A DNA stretch of 52,874 nucleotides from Candidatus Tayloriibacteriota bacterium. Lineage in GTDB: Bacteria > Patescibacteriota > Minisyncoccia > Phycocordibacterales > CAIZLB01. Below are positions 27,767-37,781 of the stretch, one piece after another. The position numbers and the translations under genes are program-made. Every line of letters begins with the position of its first letter. Positions within the stretch are counted from its first letter, which is position 1. The stretch covers positions 1 to 52,874 of the forward strand of contig VEQN01000005.1 of assembly GCA_018883165.1 (NCBI GenBank), given 5' to 3'. The notes below the pieces were generated by a model. That model was not told the DNA's origin. It saw nothing but the letters and a program-made list of their open reading frames with translations, and did no database searches.

Positions 27767-29188
27767 TTAGAGATTGGACTGAATTTTTGACACAAGATCA
27801 GGTATTGCAATTCTCTCCTGCTCACCCGTATCTCTGAATCTGATTGTTACAGTATCTTTCTTTTCATCTGTTGCTTCAACAGTATCAAAATCAACCACTA
27901 CACAGAACGGTGTACCAATTTCGTCTTGCCGTCGATATCTTTTACCAATGTTTCCATTATCATCAAACAGTACACGACCAGGAAATACTTTTCGGAGCGT
28001 CGTGTAAATCTCTCTTGCCTTCTCAACAAGCTGCGGTTTGTTTTTTAGAAGTGGAGACACTGCAACCAAAACAGGTGCAACTTTTGGAGAGAGCTTTAAA
28101 TATGCTCTAGGCTCACCACCGAGATTATCCTCTGTGTATGCATTGGAAAGTACTGCGAGGAAAAGTCGTCCTACTCCAAATGTCGGTTCAATACAATGTG
28201 GAATGAGTCGTTTCTTCTCTGGATCAATTTCTGCTTCATCAAAGTATGAAATATCTGTTCCAGATGCTGTCTGGTGTGCCTTAAGATCGAAGTCAGTTCG
28301 GTATGCAAGACCCAAAAGCTCTTTCTGACCAAACGGAAAATCAAACTCTGTATCAACACTATGTTTTGAATAGTGGGCACGATCTGCTTCTGGTACCACA
28401 ATCTTATGGAGCTTGTCCTTACTCAAACCAATTTCATACAAGAAATCTAACTGCTCTTTGTAGAGACTTTCAAATATCTCTTCCCATTGTTCTGGTCGAA
28501 TGAAATATTCGATTTCCATTTGTTCCAATTCACGCACTCGGAAGATGAAGTCTCTTGGTGCAATTTCATTTCTAAATGCTTTACCAATCTGTGCAATACC
28601 AAATGGGAGTTTCGGGTGGAATGAATCAACAACATTCTTAAAGTTTACGAAAATACCCTGTGCTGTTTCAGGTCTAAGATATGAGATTGAAGCCTCATCT
28701 TGAGTTGCACCGACATGTGTCTTAAACATCATATTGAACTGCCGTACATCTCCAAGTGCGTTTCCTTCAGGGCTCTTAATTCCCTTTTCTTTGATGAGTG
28801 CATCCATTTCTGAAATATTCATTCCCCTCGGATCAACACCAACCTCCTCAAGCAAATGGTCAGCTCGATATCTCTTTTTAGTCTTCAAATCTTCTACCAA
28901 CGGATCTGAGAAACCGCCCACGTGTCCTGACGCCTTCCACACCTCCTGATTCATGAGGATCGCAGCATCAACCCCATACATATCTTCTCTGTCGAGTACA
29001 AACTTCTTCCACCACAAATTCTGAATGTTCTGCTTAAGTGCAACACCAAGTGGCCCGTAGTCCCAGGTACCTGCAAGACCACCGTAGATTTCAGATCCTT
29101 GGTATACAAAACCTTTTCTCTTACAGAGAGAAATGATTTTTTCCATAGCATTTTCTGGGTATTTTGCGCTTTGTGATAATTCAGTCAT
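27767..29188 (-). CDS. glyQS: Glycine--tRNA ligase, alpha2 type
   Basis: EIYGG, DYGPLG, LRPETAQG, GKAFRNEI, IEP.FG, IGKRYRRQDEIGTP; start reassigned to ATG 29188. Confidence 0.97.
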   Translation of the reverse strand: MTELSQSAKYPENAMEKIISLCKRKGFVYQGSEIYGGLAGTWDYGPLGVALKQNIQNLWWKKFVLDREDMYGVDAAILMNQEVWKASGHVGGFSDPLVEDLKTKKRYRADHLLEEVGVDPRGMNISEMDALIKEKGIKSPEGNALGDVRQFNMMFKTHVGATQDEASISYLRPETAQGIFVNFKNVVDSFHPKLPFGIAQIGKAFRNEIAPRDFIFRVRELEQMEIEYFIRPEQWEEIFESLYKEQLDFLYEIGLSKDKLHKIVVPEADRAHYSKHSVDTEFDFPFGQKELLGLAYRTDFDLKAHQTASGTDISYFDEAEIDPEKKRLIPHCIEPTFGVGRLFLAVLSNAYTEDNLGGEPRAYLKLSPKVAPVLVAVSPLLKNKPQLVEKAREIYTTLRKVFPGRVLFDDNGNIGKRYRRQDEIGTPFCVVVDFDTVEATDEKKDTVTIRFRDTGEQERIAIPDLVSKIQSNL

Positions 29189-29265
29189 ATGTAGGTATAT
29201 TACAGGGATTTGGGTATTTTTCAATATGAAATACAAATACCTTATTTTCATATATACTATATCCC

Positions 29266-30189
29266 ATGAAACGATTTTTAGAAACAATCAAGCTTTCAGT
29301 TGCAAGCAAAGCTTTTTATCAACGAGTTCTTGAAGGGCGAGAACCTATGGGTTTCAGATATTTCTTCTGGCTAAACATGATCTATGCTGTTACCATTGCT
29401 GCAGTATTCCTCCCCATAGTATTTGCCATAACATCCCCAAAGGCGCATCAGGAAGTAATTCAAACTATTCCAGAAAACCTAGAGGTATACGTAAAGAAAG
29501 GTATGGTGAGTACAAATCAACCAGAACCATATGTAGTGGTAAATACGTGGTCAAAAGATAAAAGTGGTGAAGAGGTGGACAAATGTAAAGATGAAAAATG
29601 TACACGACACAAAAAGAGTCCAACCAACCTTGTCGTTATTGATACACAAACACCATTTAGTATTGAGCAGTTCCGATTATACGATACAGCTGTACTTGTA
29701 AAAGCAGACAGTATTATTACCCAGAAAGATAACGGAACAGTGGAGGTAGTTACCAACCCAAAGGAACTAGATTTTACATTTAATCGTGCATGGGTAGAAA
29801 AGATGATCAACAAGTTCTCCTGGCTTGCATACCTTATTCCTGTTGGAATCTTTTTCCTTGGATCAACATTCGGTTACGCCTTTATACTCCTTGCCTATGT
29901 TATCTGGGCACTTATTGCCTGGGCACTCTTGTCTTGGTATCGAAAAGATATAAAAGTAACATTCAGACACGCATACTCAGTCACATTATATGCATCAATC
30001 GTATTCTTTGTACTAGAACTTCTAAGTTACATGCTGCCTTTTGCTGATACAAACACATTCCAATTCATTGTATTCGCAATATTCTTGTATGTCCTCACAA
30101 AGAAGGATACAGAAGTACATGAACATATACCTGGTCAACCAGCAAAGGAAGTTATCGCGGATGATGACAAAAATAACGGAGTAGTATAG
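29266..30189 (+). CDS. Membrane protein (DUF1189-like)
   Basis: N-terminal TM, extracytoplasmic loop with NQPEPY and LVVIDT, C-terminal TM bundle. Confidence 0.65.
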   Translation: MKRFLETIKLSVASKAFYQRVLEGREPMGFRYFFWLNMIYAVTIAAVFLPIVFAITSPKAHQEVIQTIPENLEVYVKKGMVSTNQPEPYVVVNTWSKDKSGEEVDKCKDEKCTRHKKSPTNLVVIDTQTPFSIEQFRLYDTAVLVKADSIITQKDNGTVEVVTNPKELDFTFNRAWVEKMINKFSWLAYLIPVGIFFLGSTFGYAFILLAYVIWALIAWALLSWYRKDIKVTFRHAYSVTLYASIVFFVLELLSYMLPFADTNTFQFIVFAIFLYVLTKKDTEVHEHIPGQPAKEVIADDDKNNGVV

Positions 30190-30194
30190 GTAGA

Positions 30195-30228
30195 ATATTA
30201 AAACCCCTCCTCCGAGGGGTTTTAATAT
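30195..30228. terminator. Bidirectional terminator
   Basis: aatattaaaacccctc-ctcc-gaggggttttaatatt. Confidence 0.88.
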
Positions 30229-32165
30229 TATCTTCCTCCACCAACCTTTTCTTCCCCAAACTTATATCCCGGATCACTTTCAAGTTTGGTATCGAGATCA
30301 TCTACAGTCTGCTCTACAATGCCACCCGTAAAGGTATCTCGGCCTCGTATACTCTGCTTGGTAATTATCTGCGGAGTTTGTCCAACTTGACCCAAACTTG
30401 GTAGGAATGACACCTGATATGCGAACTCTTTTGCACTTGCTGAAAATCCTGTTCCAGCTGCAAGATCTCCCACTGTCCATGTAAGCTCTCGTGTATCTTC
30501 GTTGTATTTCACTCCTGCATTTCCTGGGTGTGTAATACCAAGCCATTCAACATAAGGTGGCAGTGTTGCTCGATATACCACATCTTTTACATTATTATAT
30601 GAGTTATTGAGACTCACCATGACTGTATATGTTGTGCGCTGATCTGGGACCGGGGTCGATGGGCCAGTATTTTCAAACGGACCCACAGATCGTACAAGTT
30701 TTGATTTGATACCAAGATCAGATGAGACCTTGATTGTCTTAGTCACAGTCGAACTAATCTCTTGAGGCACATTATCTTCGTCTAATCGTTTAGCCTTTAC
30801 GGTAAGATCAAAAGTTAGTGTCTGTCTTCTGAATTCAGAATTATTTTTTAAGGTTGGAGGAAGTGGTGCAAAAGAGAATTGTACACGACCAACAGCACCT
30901 GCTGGTATTTCTTTCAAATCAGCAAGGGTAGTTCTATCCCACATGATTGTATTATCTATTGATCGATAGAATCCTCGCTCCCCTTCTATACTGAGCTTAT
31001 CGAGCATTTCACCACCGAATCGTGCTTCTACTACTACATCTGTAAGTGGAACTGGTAGGTTATTCTGCCATGTTATTTCACCCTTAACATTTACACCGGC
31101 TCTAGCGATATGAGTTGACGCAGTCTTACCATCAAGTGATACGTCAGCACCAAGGAACGGTCGCTTGAGTGCTATTGGTACTGCATTGGTTACGAATATA
31201 GTTCCAATGTCATTCTTATCTTCAGGATTTTCAGTACCGGTATAGAATCGGAACACTCGCTCTTGACTATCCCCTCCAATGAGTGAACCCTTGAGAGTTA
31301 TGATTCGTTCTTCACCAGGTTTAACATCACCAAGTACCCATGTTGTATTTTCAGAAGACGGTACCGGAAATGCTGATATGTATTCAAATCCATATGGGTA
31401 TTCAGCTTTGAGTACCAAACCTTTTATAACATTTGTACTATTTGATTTTACAGTAATCTTAAATTCTGCATATTGTCCAGGAATGATTTCCTTAAACGAA
31501 TCAACATCAACCGCAATCGGTGATGATCCGATGAATATCGGGTAGTCTTTGTCCTTCACAAATATATTACTTGAACCTTCAATTCGATATTCCAAAGATA
31601 CACGAATTCCTTTCTTCAAGTTTTCTTCACCGAACAAAACTGACTTAACTGTTTGTCTTACTGTTTGACCAGGTTTAATTGTACCAATTGGCACCCTATC
31701 ATTTGGTAGTGGTGTTATATGATCCCTAGCACTTCGTGTACCTTCTGGGTACAAAATTACAAGGTCGGCTAGAATGAGATCTGTTTTGTTTCTGTTTGTA
31801 ATATCAATATCTACCGATAACTCTTCCCCTGCTGGTGTTGCAATTGGCCCAAGCATTTTAATATCGATATTGCTGTTAGAAACTGAGTTTGCACCACTAA
31901 ATACCATATATCCAGCAAAAAGTCCTGCAAAGAGAAGACAGATTAAAGCAAGTGTAAATATTTTTTTTGCTATAGACCCTCGATTAGGATCATATTTTCT
32001 AACTTCAACCACAGGATTAACATTCTCCGCATCTTCTCTCCAATCTGACCCAACCATCACACTATGCTTTGGTAGCTTTGCTCGTCTTTGCACAGCAATG
32101 GCATTCTCTTCAGCATTTGAATAGAGTCGTTTTTTTAGTTCTTCAATTTTACCGTCATTTGGCAT
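30228..32165 (-). CDS. Membrane-anchored protein with tandem Ig-like (DUF11-like) domains
   Basis: Single TM followed by repeated ..N......YP.GF....W.LG...PG patterns. Confidence 0.75.
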   Translation of the reverse strand: MPNDGKIEELKKRLYSNAEENAIAVQRRAKLPKHSVMVGSDWREDAENVNPVVEVRKYDPNRGSIAKKIFTLALICLLFAGLFAGYMVFSGANSVSNSNIDIKMLGPIATPAGEELSVDIDITNRNKTDLILADLVILYPEGTRSARDHITPLPNDRVPIGTIKPGQTVRQTVKSVLFGEENLKKGIRVSLEYRIEGSSNIFVKDKDYPIFIGSSPIAVDVDSFKEIIPGQYAEFKITVKSNSTNVIKGLVLKAEYPYGFEYISAFPVPSSENTTWVLGDVKPGEERIITLKGSLIGGDSQERVFRFYTGTENPEDKNDIGTIFVTNAVPIALKRPFLGADVSLDGKTASTHIARAGVNVKGEITWQNNLPVPLTDVVVEARFGGEMLDKLSIEGERGFYRSIDNTIMWDRTTLADLKEIPAGAVGRVQFSFAPLPPTLKNNSEFRRQTLTFDLTVKAKRLDEDNVPQEISSTVTKTIKVSSDLGIKSKLVRSVGPFENTGPSTPVPDQRTTYTVMVSLNNSYNNVKDVVYRATLPPYVEWLGITHPGNAGVKYNEDTRELTWTVGDLAAGTGFSASAKEFAYQVSFLPSLGQVGQTPQIITKQSIRGRDTFTGGIVEQTVDDLDTKLESDPGYKFGEEKVGGGR

Positions 32166-32177
32166 GTCAAAAGTATA

Positions 32178-32771
32178 TCACAGGTGACTTTCATGAAGTG
32201 CCCCATCAATACACCCCTGTATATATGTCCTATACTCTCTTATATGAACTAATGTATCTGTCGTAAGTGAGTTAGGCGCTGTCACCAATCCCAAAACCGG
32301 ATCTACGGGGCAATACCCTAACAAGTTCAGTAACTGAACTTGAAAGTACATGTATGTCTCAGATATATATTCAATGACCTTTTGTTTTTCTTGAAAACAA
32401 AAGGATGCGCAGGTATTAACTAGATTGAACACATCAGACACAGGTACATCCTGCGGTGTTAGACGTTTAACAAACAGCAACATCTCAACGCATAACCTTT
32501 TAATTTGAATGGGTAATCTCTTATCATAAAGAGATATCAACTTTTCTGCGTTTGTAAGTCTCCATATTTCCTTCCCCCTTACCAGAGACACCCTAGAGAA
32601 ACTGTAATCCTGGATAGATGCTTTTAATTTAGATGTTGATAGCCTAACTCCTTGTGCAGCTACATATATTAATCCAAGATTGTCCGTAAGCATTAAAAGC
32701 TTTTTACTTGCTTCACCTGTCTGACCACTTTCGATTATATATGCTTTTGTTTGGTAGATGTGATGTGACAT
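32178..32771 (-). CDS. recO: DNA repair protein RecO
   Basis: GEA.K...LT..LG.I...AQGVR...SKL N-terminal OB motif; LLNLLGY. Confidence 0.85.
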   Translation of the reverse strand: MSHHIYQTKAYIIESGQTGEASKKLLMLTDNLGLIYVAAQGVRLSTSKLKASIQDYSFSRVSLVRGKEIWRLTNAEKLISLYDKRLPIQIKRLCVEMLLFVKRLTPQDVPVSDVFNLVNTCASFCFQEKQKVIEYISETYMYFQVQLLNLLGYCPVDPVLGLVTAPNSLTTDTLVHIREYRTYIQGCIDGALHESHL

Positions 32772-35700
32772 GATACGAATACACCCGGAACTAATTCGAA
32801 CTTTTCACCTGTAAATACATCATCTGTTTCAGCAACCAGATTGAATGAAATTTTCTGCACCGAAGCCTTCTTTGGAAGGTCAGTGTATCCGGTTATGTAT
32901 TTCTCCGCTTGCGAAACATCTGTTGTGGCAACAACCATCTCAATCTCATCTTTAGGTTCAAGATTTGCTTCTTTTCGTTTCTCCTGAACACTTCGTAGAA
33001 TATCACGGAGCACACCCTCAACCTTAAGCTCTTCTGTAACTTCAGTATCGAGTACAATATCTGTTCCACGAACAACAGATTTTACATTCATTTCATCCTT
33101 AACAATCTCTTCCAGTTGCTGAGAAAGGTCGAATTCAGAACCATTGTATGTGAATGCCCTGAGCGGTTGTCTTGCCTTTATTCCCGCCTTAGATCGGAGT
33201 GCAAGACCCATCTCAATCACTTTTCGTGTCTTCGCCATTCCTTCAATTAGCTGAGTGTCTGCTGTTGGCATATGTGGCCACGGAGAGAGATGCACACTTA
33301 CTGCAGTATCAATTTTTGGATCTCGAATTCGTAGATACAAGTATTCTGCAAAGAATGGTGTGATTGGAGCCATGAGCTTTGCAAAAGTAACCAACACATA
33401 CTGAGTTGTCTGAATTGCATGTTCCCTATCAACCATGTCCTCACTCTTGAATCTGTCTCTTGATCGTCTAAGGTACCACGTAGAAAGATCGTCTACAAAT
33501 TCACCAAGACTTCGTGTTGCCTTATCAACGAAGAATCCATCGAGACTTTTCTCAATGATTCCTTTCGTCTCAGAGAGTCTCCCTAATATCCACTGGTCGA
33601 GTACATGAGTACTTGATGGATATGCAACTATTTCTGCTTTTGTTTCAGCAGCATACATGTTATAGAAGGTGTAGACGTTTTCAAGTCTGTTGAACACCTT
33701 CTTGTTTACCTCATCAAGAGCCTTCTCAGAGAATAGCACCTCTTCGGCATGTGATGCTGGAGATGCTGCGAGCATATATCGAAGTGAATCAGCACCATAC
33801 ATATCAAGCGTTGGTTCAAGATCAGGATAGTTTCTCAAACTCTTAGACATCTTTCTACCATCTTCAGCAAGTATGAGTCCTGAAACTGTTACATTCTTGT
33901 ATGGGCTCTTACCAAAAAGTGCCACACCTAATACGAGGAGTGAATAAAACCAACCTCTTGTTTGATCAAGTCCTTCCGCGATGAAATCGGCTGGGAACAG
34001 TTCACTACCATCAACATCAAATGAATGTGTACTCTCGAACGGATAGTGGTTCTGTGCGAAAGGCATAGAACCAGAGTCATACCATACATCAAACACCTCT
34101 CCTACCCGTTTATACACTTCACCTTTTTCATTTTGCCATGTAATACCATCAATATATGGTCGATGGAGATCGAGTTCAAAATCAGGACCATGTGGAAGAT
34201 CTCTGAAATCTACATCATGTATTGACGCTGTTGGATCAGAAATATCTCTCCATTCTGATCGAAGGAAATCTCTTGCTGTTTTTCCAACCGCAGAGGCTGT
34301 TGCTAGTCTCAGTGGCAACCCGTGCGTAATCACAAGAACATGTTCGTCTGTATTCTTTGCATTGATATCATACAAAAGCTCTGTGATCCTCTGTTTTACG
34401 TCAAAGACTGATTCACCGTTTGGAACCCGCTTATATATCTTTTCCTCAAGGGTACTGAAGTATGATAATCGCTCACCCCAATCACCACCATCGAAGTCAC
34501 CTCCATTTATCTCTCTTGCCCGTCTATCAAGCACAATGTTTTTTGGATCAATACCTAATACCTCAGCTACAATCTCAGCTGTTTCTCTTGTTCGTCTGAA
34601 GTCAGATGCATAGATTTTTGTAATCTTGTTAGGAAGATTCTTTAGCTTCTCTGCTGATGCAAGAACCTCTGCTCTACCTTTTGCTGTAAGGCCATACAAG
34701 TTAAGACCTTTCTCAGTGGAATTAATGATGTTTTTAACATTTGTCTCACATTCACCATGTCTCATCAGTGTAAAATGATTTTTCTTTTGGATATGTTTTT
34801 TTAACTCTTCAACACTTCCAATGAAAACCTTCTCCCCAGTCGTTTGGTTTTTCCATACTGGGAGTGGGGCTCCCCAATACCTTGATCGTGATACATTCCA
34901 ATCTCGAACATTTTCAAGCCATTCACCGAATCTATTCTCACCGACTTCTTTAGGGATCCAATTAATCTTTTTGTTTTCTTCAATTAATTTTTCCTGAAGA
35001 TCTGTGACCCGAACAAACCATGATGAGTTTGGATAATTCAAAAGAGGAGTTTCACATCTCCAACAATGTGGGTATGAGTGAGTAATTTTTTCTTTCGCAA
35101 AAAGAAGTGGGTTACCTGCCGAATTAGTAGTATGTGCCAAGAGCTTAATTGCCTCAATATCAGTCTTTTGATGATCTTCTTTAGGCTTTGCAGGAAGACC
35201 CGAAAGCACTCCGTTACCTTCCTTAATCACACCGTCTGGATGTACATGCACAATGAGTGGAATGTTGTGTTTTCGAGCAAGTGTCACGTCATCGCTACCA
35301 AACGCTGCGATATGGACAATACCCGTACCATCCTCTGCAGTTACAAAATCTGCTGCATATACTTTCCAGAGTGCATCTCGCTTAGACTCCCCATCTTCAT
35401 TCAATGTTCCACTGTTTGTATAGAAATTAAAGGGTGGAATATATGAGGTACCAACAAAATCTTTTCCAAGCTTTGAATCAAGAACAGGAGCATTTTCTGG
35501 GAGAATTTTTTTCTCTGTGAGAGGTGCAACGAGCGCAGAAGCAAGCCAAACCTTTCCGTTTGGTGTATCTAGGAGTGAATATTCAAGTTCTGGAGAAACA
35601 GCAAGTGCCATGTTACCCGGCAGCGTCCAAGGTGTTGTTGTCCATGCAAGAAAGTTTGTACCTGAACCATCTTTTAACTCAAAGAGTGTATATGCTGAAA

Positions 35701-36325
35701 GATCTGGAATATCTTTGTACCCCTGCCCCACTTCAAAGTTAGACAGAGTAGTCTGGCATCGAGGACAATAGTGCATGGCCTGATTAGCTTCATACACCAA
35801 TCCTTTCTTGTTTAATTCAGAGAAAGACCACCATACTGATTCAGTGTAGCTTGAATCCATTGTATGATATCCACTTTCCATATCAACCCATCGTCCAAGC
35901 TTCTCTACAATTCGTTTCCAATCTGTGTCATACCGAAACACACTGTCTTTAGCAGCTTTGTTAAACTTTTCAATTCCATATTCTTCAATTGCTTTTTTGT
36001 CTTTCAAGCCTAATTCCTTCTCAATGAGGTTTTCGATTGGAAGACCGTGACAGTCCCACCCCCACTTTCTCTTCACTCTGTACCCCTGCATGGTCTTGTA
36101 TCGAGGAATGATGTCTTTGATTGTTGAAGGGAGCATGTGCCCATAGTGTGGAAGACCAGTAGCATATGGTGGACCATCAAAAAATACATAGTTACCCTTT
36201 GGAGCATCTTTTGTGACAGAGGCTTCAAAAATACGTTGCTCTTTCCAGAAACGTCGAATTGACTCCTCACGAACCTGAGGAGTAACTGGACCTTGTGTAT
36301 TTTTTGAATCTGTTTCTGAAGACAT
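32735..36325 (-). CDS. ileS: Isoleucine--tRNA ligase (type 2) with an inserted histidine-phosphatase domain
   Basis: DGPPYATGLPHYGH, GWDCHGLP, WTTTPWTLP, GTGIVH, YPHCWRC, DW.VSR.RYWG, EGLDQTRGWFY, KMSKS; insert with RHG...SDF.R..ET...RE...THG. Confidence 0.97.
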   Translation of the reverse strand: MSSETDSKNTQGPVTPQVREESIRRFWKEQRIFEASVTKDAPKGNYVFFDGPPYATGLPHYGHMLPSTIKDIIPRYKTMQGYRVKRKWGWDCHGLPIENLIEKELGLKDKKAIEEYGIEKFNKAAKDSVFRYDTDWKRIVEKLGRWVDMESGYHTMDSSYTESVWWSFSELNKKGLVYEANQAMHYCPRCQTTLSNFEVGQGYKDIPDLSAYTLFELKDGSGTNFLAWTTTPWTLPGNMALAVSPELEYSLLDTPNGKVWLASALVAPLTEKKILPENAPVLDSKLGKDFVGTSYIPPFNFYTNSGTLNEDGESKRDALWKVYAADFVTAEDGTGIVHIAAFGSDDVTLARKHNIPLIVHVHPDGVIKEGNGVLSGLPAKPKEDHQKTDIEAIKLLAHTTNSAGNPLLFAKEKITHSYPHCWRCETPLLNYPNSSWFVRVTDLQEKLIEENKKINWIPKEVGENRFGEWLENVRDWNVSRSRYWGAPLPVWKNQTTGEKVFIGSVEELKKHIQKKNHFTLMRHGECETNVKNIINSTEKGLNLYGLTAKGRAEVLASAEKLKNLPNKITKIYASDFRRTRETAEIVAEVLGIDPKNIVLDRRAREINGGDFDGGDWGERLSYFSTLEEKIYKRVPNGESVFDVKQRITELLYDINAKNTDEHVLVITHGLPLRLATASAVGKTARDFLRSEWRDISDPTASIHDVDFRDLPHGPDFELDLHRPYIDGITWQNEKGEVYKRVGEVFDVWYDSGSMPFAQNHYPFESTHSFDVDGSELFPADFIAEGLDQTRGWFYSLLVLGVALFGKSPYKNVTVSGLILAEDGRKMSKSLRNYPDLEPTLDMYGADSLRYMLAASPASHAEEVLFSEKALDEVNKKVFNRLENVYTFYNMYAAETKAEIVAYPSSTHVLDQWILGRLSETKGIIEKSLDGFFVDKATRSLGEFVDDLSTWYLRRSRDRFKSEDMVDREHAIQTTQYVLVTFAKLMAPITPFFAEYLYLRIRDPKIDTAVSVHLSPWPHMPTADTQLIEGMAKTRKVIEMGLALRSKAGIKARQPLRAFTYNGSEFDLSQQLEEIVKDEMNVKSVVRGTDIVLDTEVTEELKVEGVLRDILRSVQEKRKEANLEPKDEIEMVVATTDVSQAEKYITGYTDLPKKASVQKISFNLVAETDDVFTGEKFELVPGVFVSCHITSTKQKHI

Positions 36326-36394
36326 ATGTATAACTTACTTAATATGTGGGTATCGTAGCACGTTTACCACTGTAAAAAAAGATAATAAGACAAG

Positions 36395-36437
36395 CCGTCC
36401 ATGTAACCCCTAATCGCTTGTGGGTTTACATGGACGG
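36395..36437 (-). terminator. Hairpin / probable terminator after the basic ORFan
   Basis: ccgtccatgtaa...ttacatggacgg, 12-bp arms. Confidence 0.65.
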
Positions 36438-36445
36438 CTCATTGG

Positions 36446-36649
36446 TCACCTCTTGGGTGACAGCTTCTTTGAAGTGGTCACCTTTGTGACTGTAATGGTG
36501 ATGAAGTATGTGGAATACCAGTGTGGTCTTTCCCTGTTCAGCTTTCTCTTCTGCCACTTCGTCAGCTTTCGCTTCCTTGGTGGCCGTGATTTTTTGGGTG
36601 GTTCTTGACGAGGGAATGACCGACTGCGCTCCGGCTTTTTCTTCGACAT
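36446..36649 (-). CDS. Small Lys/Arg-rich hypothetical protein (67 aa)
   Basis: ATG start between a promoter-like TTGACG..CATTCT, a 5' hairpin (36677-36719) and a 3' hairpin. A second overlapping frame is also open. Confidence 0.4.
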   Translation of the reverse strand: MSKKKPERSRSFPRQEPPKKSRPPRKRKLTKWQKRKLNRERPHWYSTYFITITVTKVTTSKKLSPKR

Positions 36650-36764
36650 ACACTTTGGGGATTGATATTGAACTGACGAGGTTTAGATTCGTGGATTTAG
36701 ACAAAATCCACAAACCTCGATTTATATATAGAATGCTCCTTGTACTCCAAAACGTCAAGTGTGC

Positions 36765-37763
36765 TTACATTTCAACATGAGAATATTTTTTCTTCCCGAT
36801 TCTTCCCTTCATCTTGCAACTTTCTCCACAAAATACGAGAGGTACCGCATCGTGTGCATTTCCCGCTTTGGCGGCACACTGATCGCATACAAGCATTTTT
36901 GAATGACACTCATCGTTGGCACAATTTTCAAATCTTTCTGTTGTCGTTCCACACAAATCACACTTTCCGATTACTTCTCTCTTGTCTGTAAATGCCATCG
37001 TATCTCGGTTATCAAATACAAAGAGTGCTCCCAGGAAATCCTCTCCTGGATATTTTTCCATGTATGTATGCATACCTCCATCAAGCTGATATACATTATC
37101 AAATCCATTCTCCATTAAAAAACCTGACGCCTTTTCACACCGAATACCTCCAGTACATACCGTAAGGATCTTTTTACCTTCTTTTGATGCTTTCTTAACT
37201 TCTTCAAGTGCTGGGAGAACTTGTGGCAACTCTCTAAAGTTGTTCATCTTCGGATTGATTGATCCTTTAAAATGCCCGACTTTAAATTCATAGTCATTTC
37301 GCATATCTACGATGAGAAAATCCTCACCATTCTCATACCATGCTTTAAGTTCTTCTGGTTTCAAATGCACACCTGTTGTTTTGTTTGGATCAATATCAGT
37401 CACTACAACTCCCCCGTCTTTAGCAATTGGCGCATTCTTCATCTTGAGTGCAACAACTTCCTCTCTAACTTTAACTTTAAGTTTAGGAAAAGAACTTCCA
37501 GTGCCAGGACTTCTCTTAAAGACAACGTCACTAAAGTTTCCAAATGTCCCCTCTGAACCATCCTGAAGATGCATAAGTTTTGTATATTCCAAAATATCTT
37601 CTTTCTTTCCTTCGAGAGTTCCATTTATTCCCTCTTGTGCGATGAGCACACGCCCTTTGAGATTAAGGTTTGTACAGATTGTCTTGTGCCAATTCACAAA
37701 ACCCACAGGATCTTGTACTGGGGTATATTTGTAATATAGGATGATTTCGTATGTTGGTGTCAT
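36765..37763 (-). CDS. trhO: tRNA uridine(34) hydroxylase TrhO (YceA/UPF0176, rhodanese-related)
   Basis: LYYKY, GR.LIA.EGINGT, D.RN.YE..VGHF, CTGGIRCEKAS, L.GG..Y, FVFD.R, C-terminal Cys cluster. Confidence 0.92.
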   Translation of the reverse strand: MTPTYEIILYYKYTPVQDPVGFVNWHKTICTNLNLKGRVLIAQEGINGTLEGKKEDILEYTKLMHLQDGSEGTFGNFSDVVFKRSPGTGSSFPKLKVKVREEVVALKMKNAPIAKDGGVVVTDIDPNKTTGVHLKPEELKAWYENGEDFLIVDMRNDYEFKVGHFKGSINPKMNNFRELPQVLPALEEVKKASKEGKKILTVCTGGIRCEKASGFLMENGFDNVYQLDGGMHTYMEKYPGEDFLGALFVFDNRDTMAFTDKREVIGKCDLCGTTTERFENCANDECHSKMLVCDQCAAKAGNAHDAVPLVFCGESCKMKGRIGKKKYSHVEM

Positions 37764-37781
37764 ATGTGTATGTAGTATATA

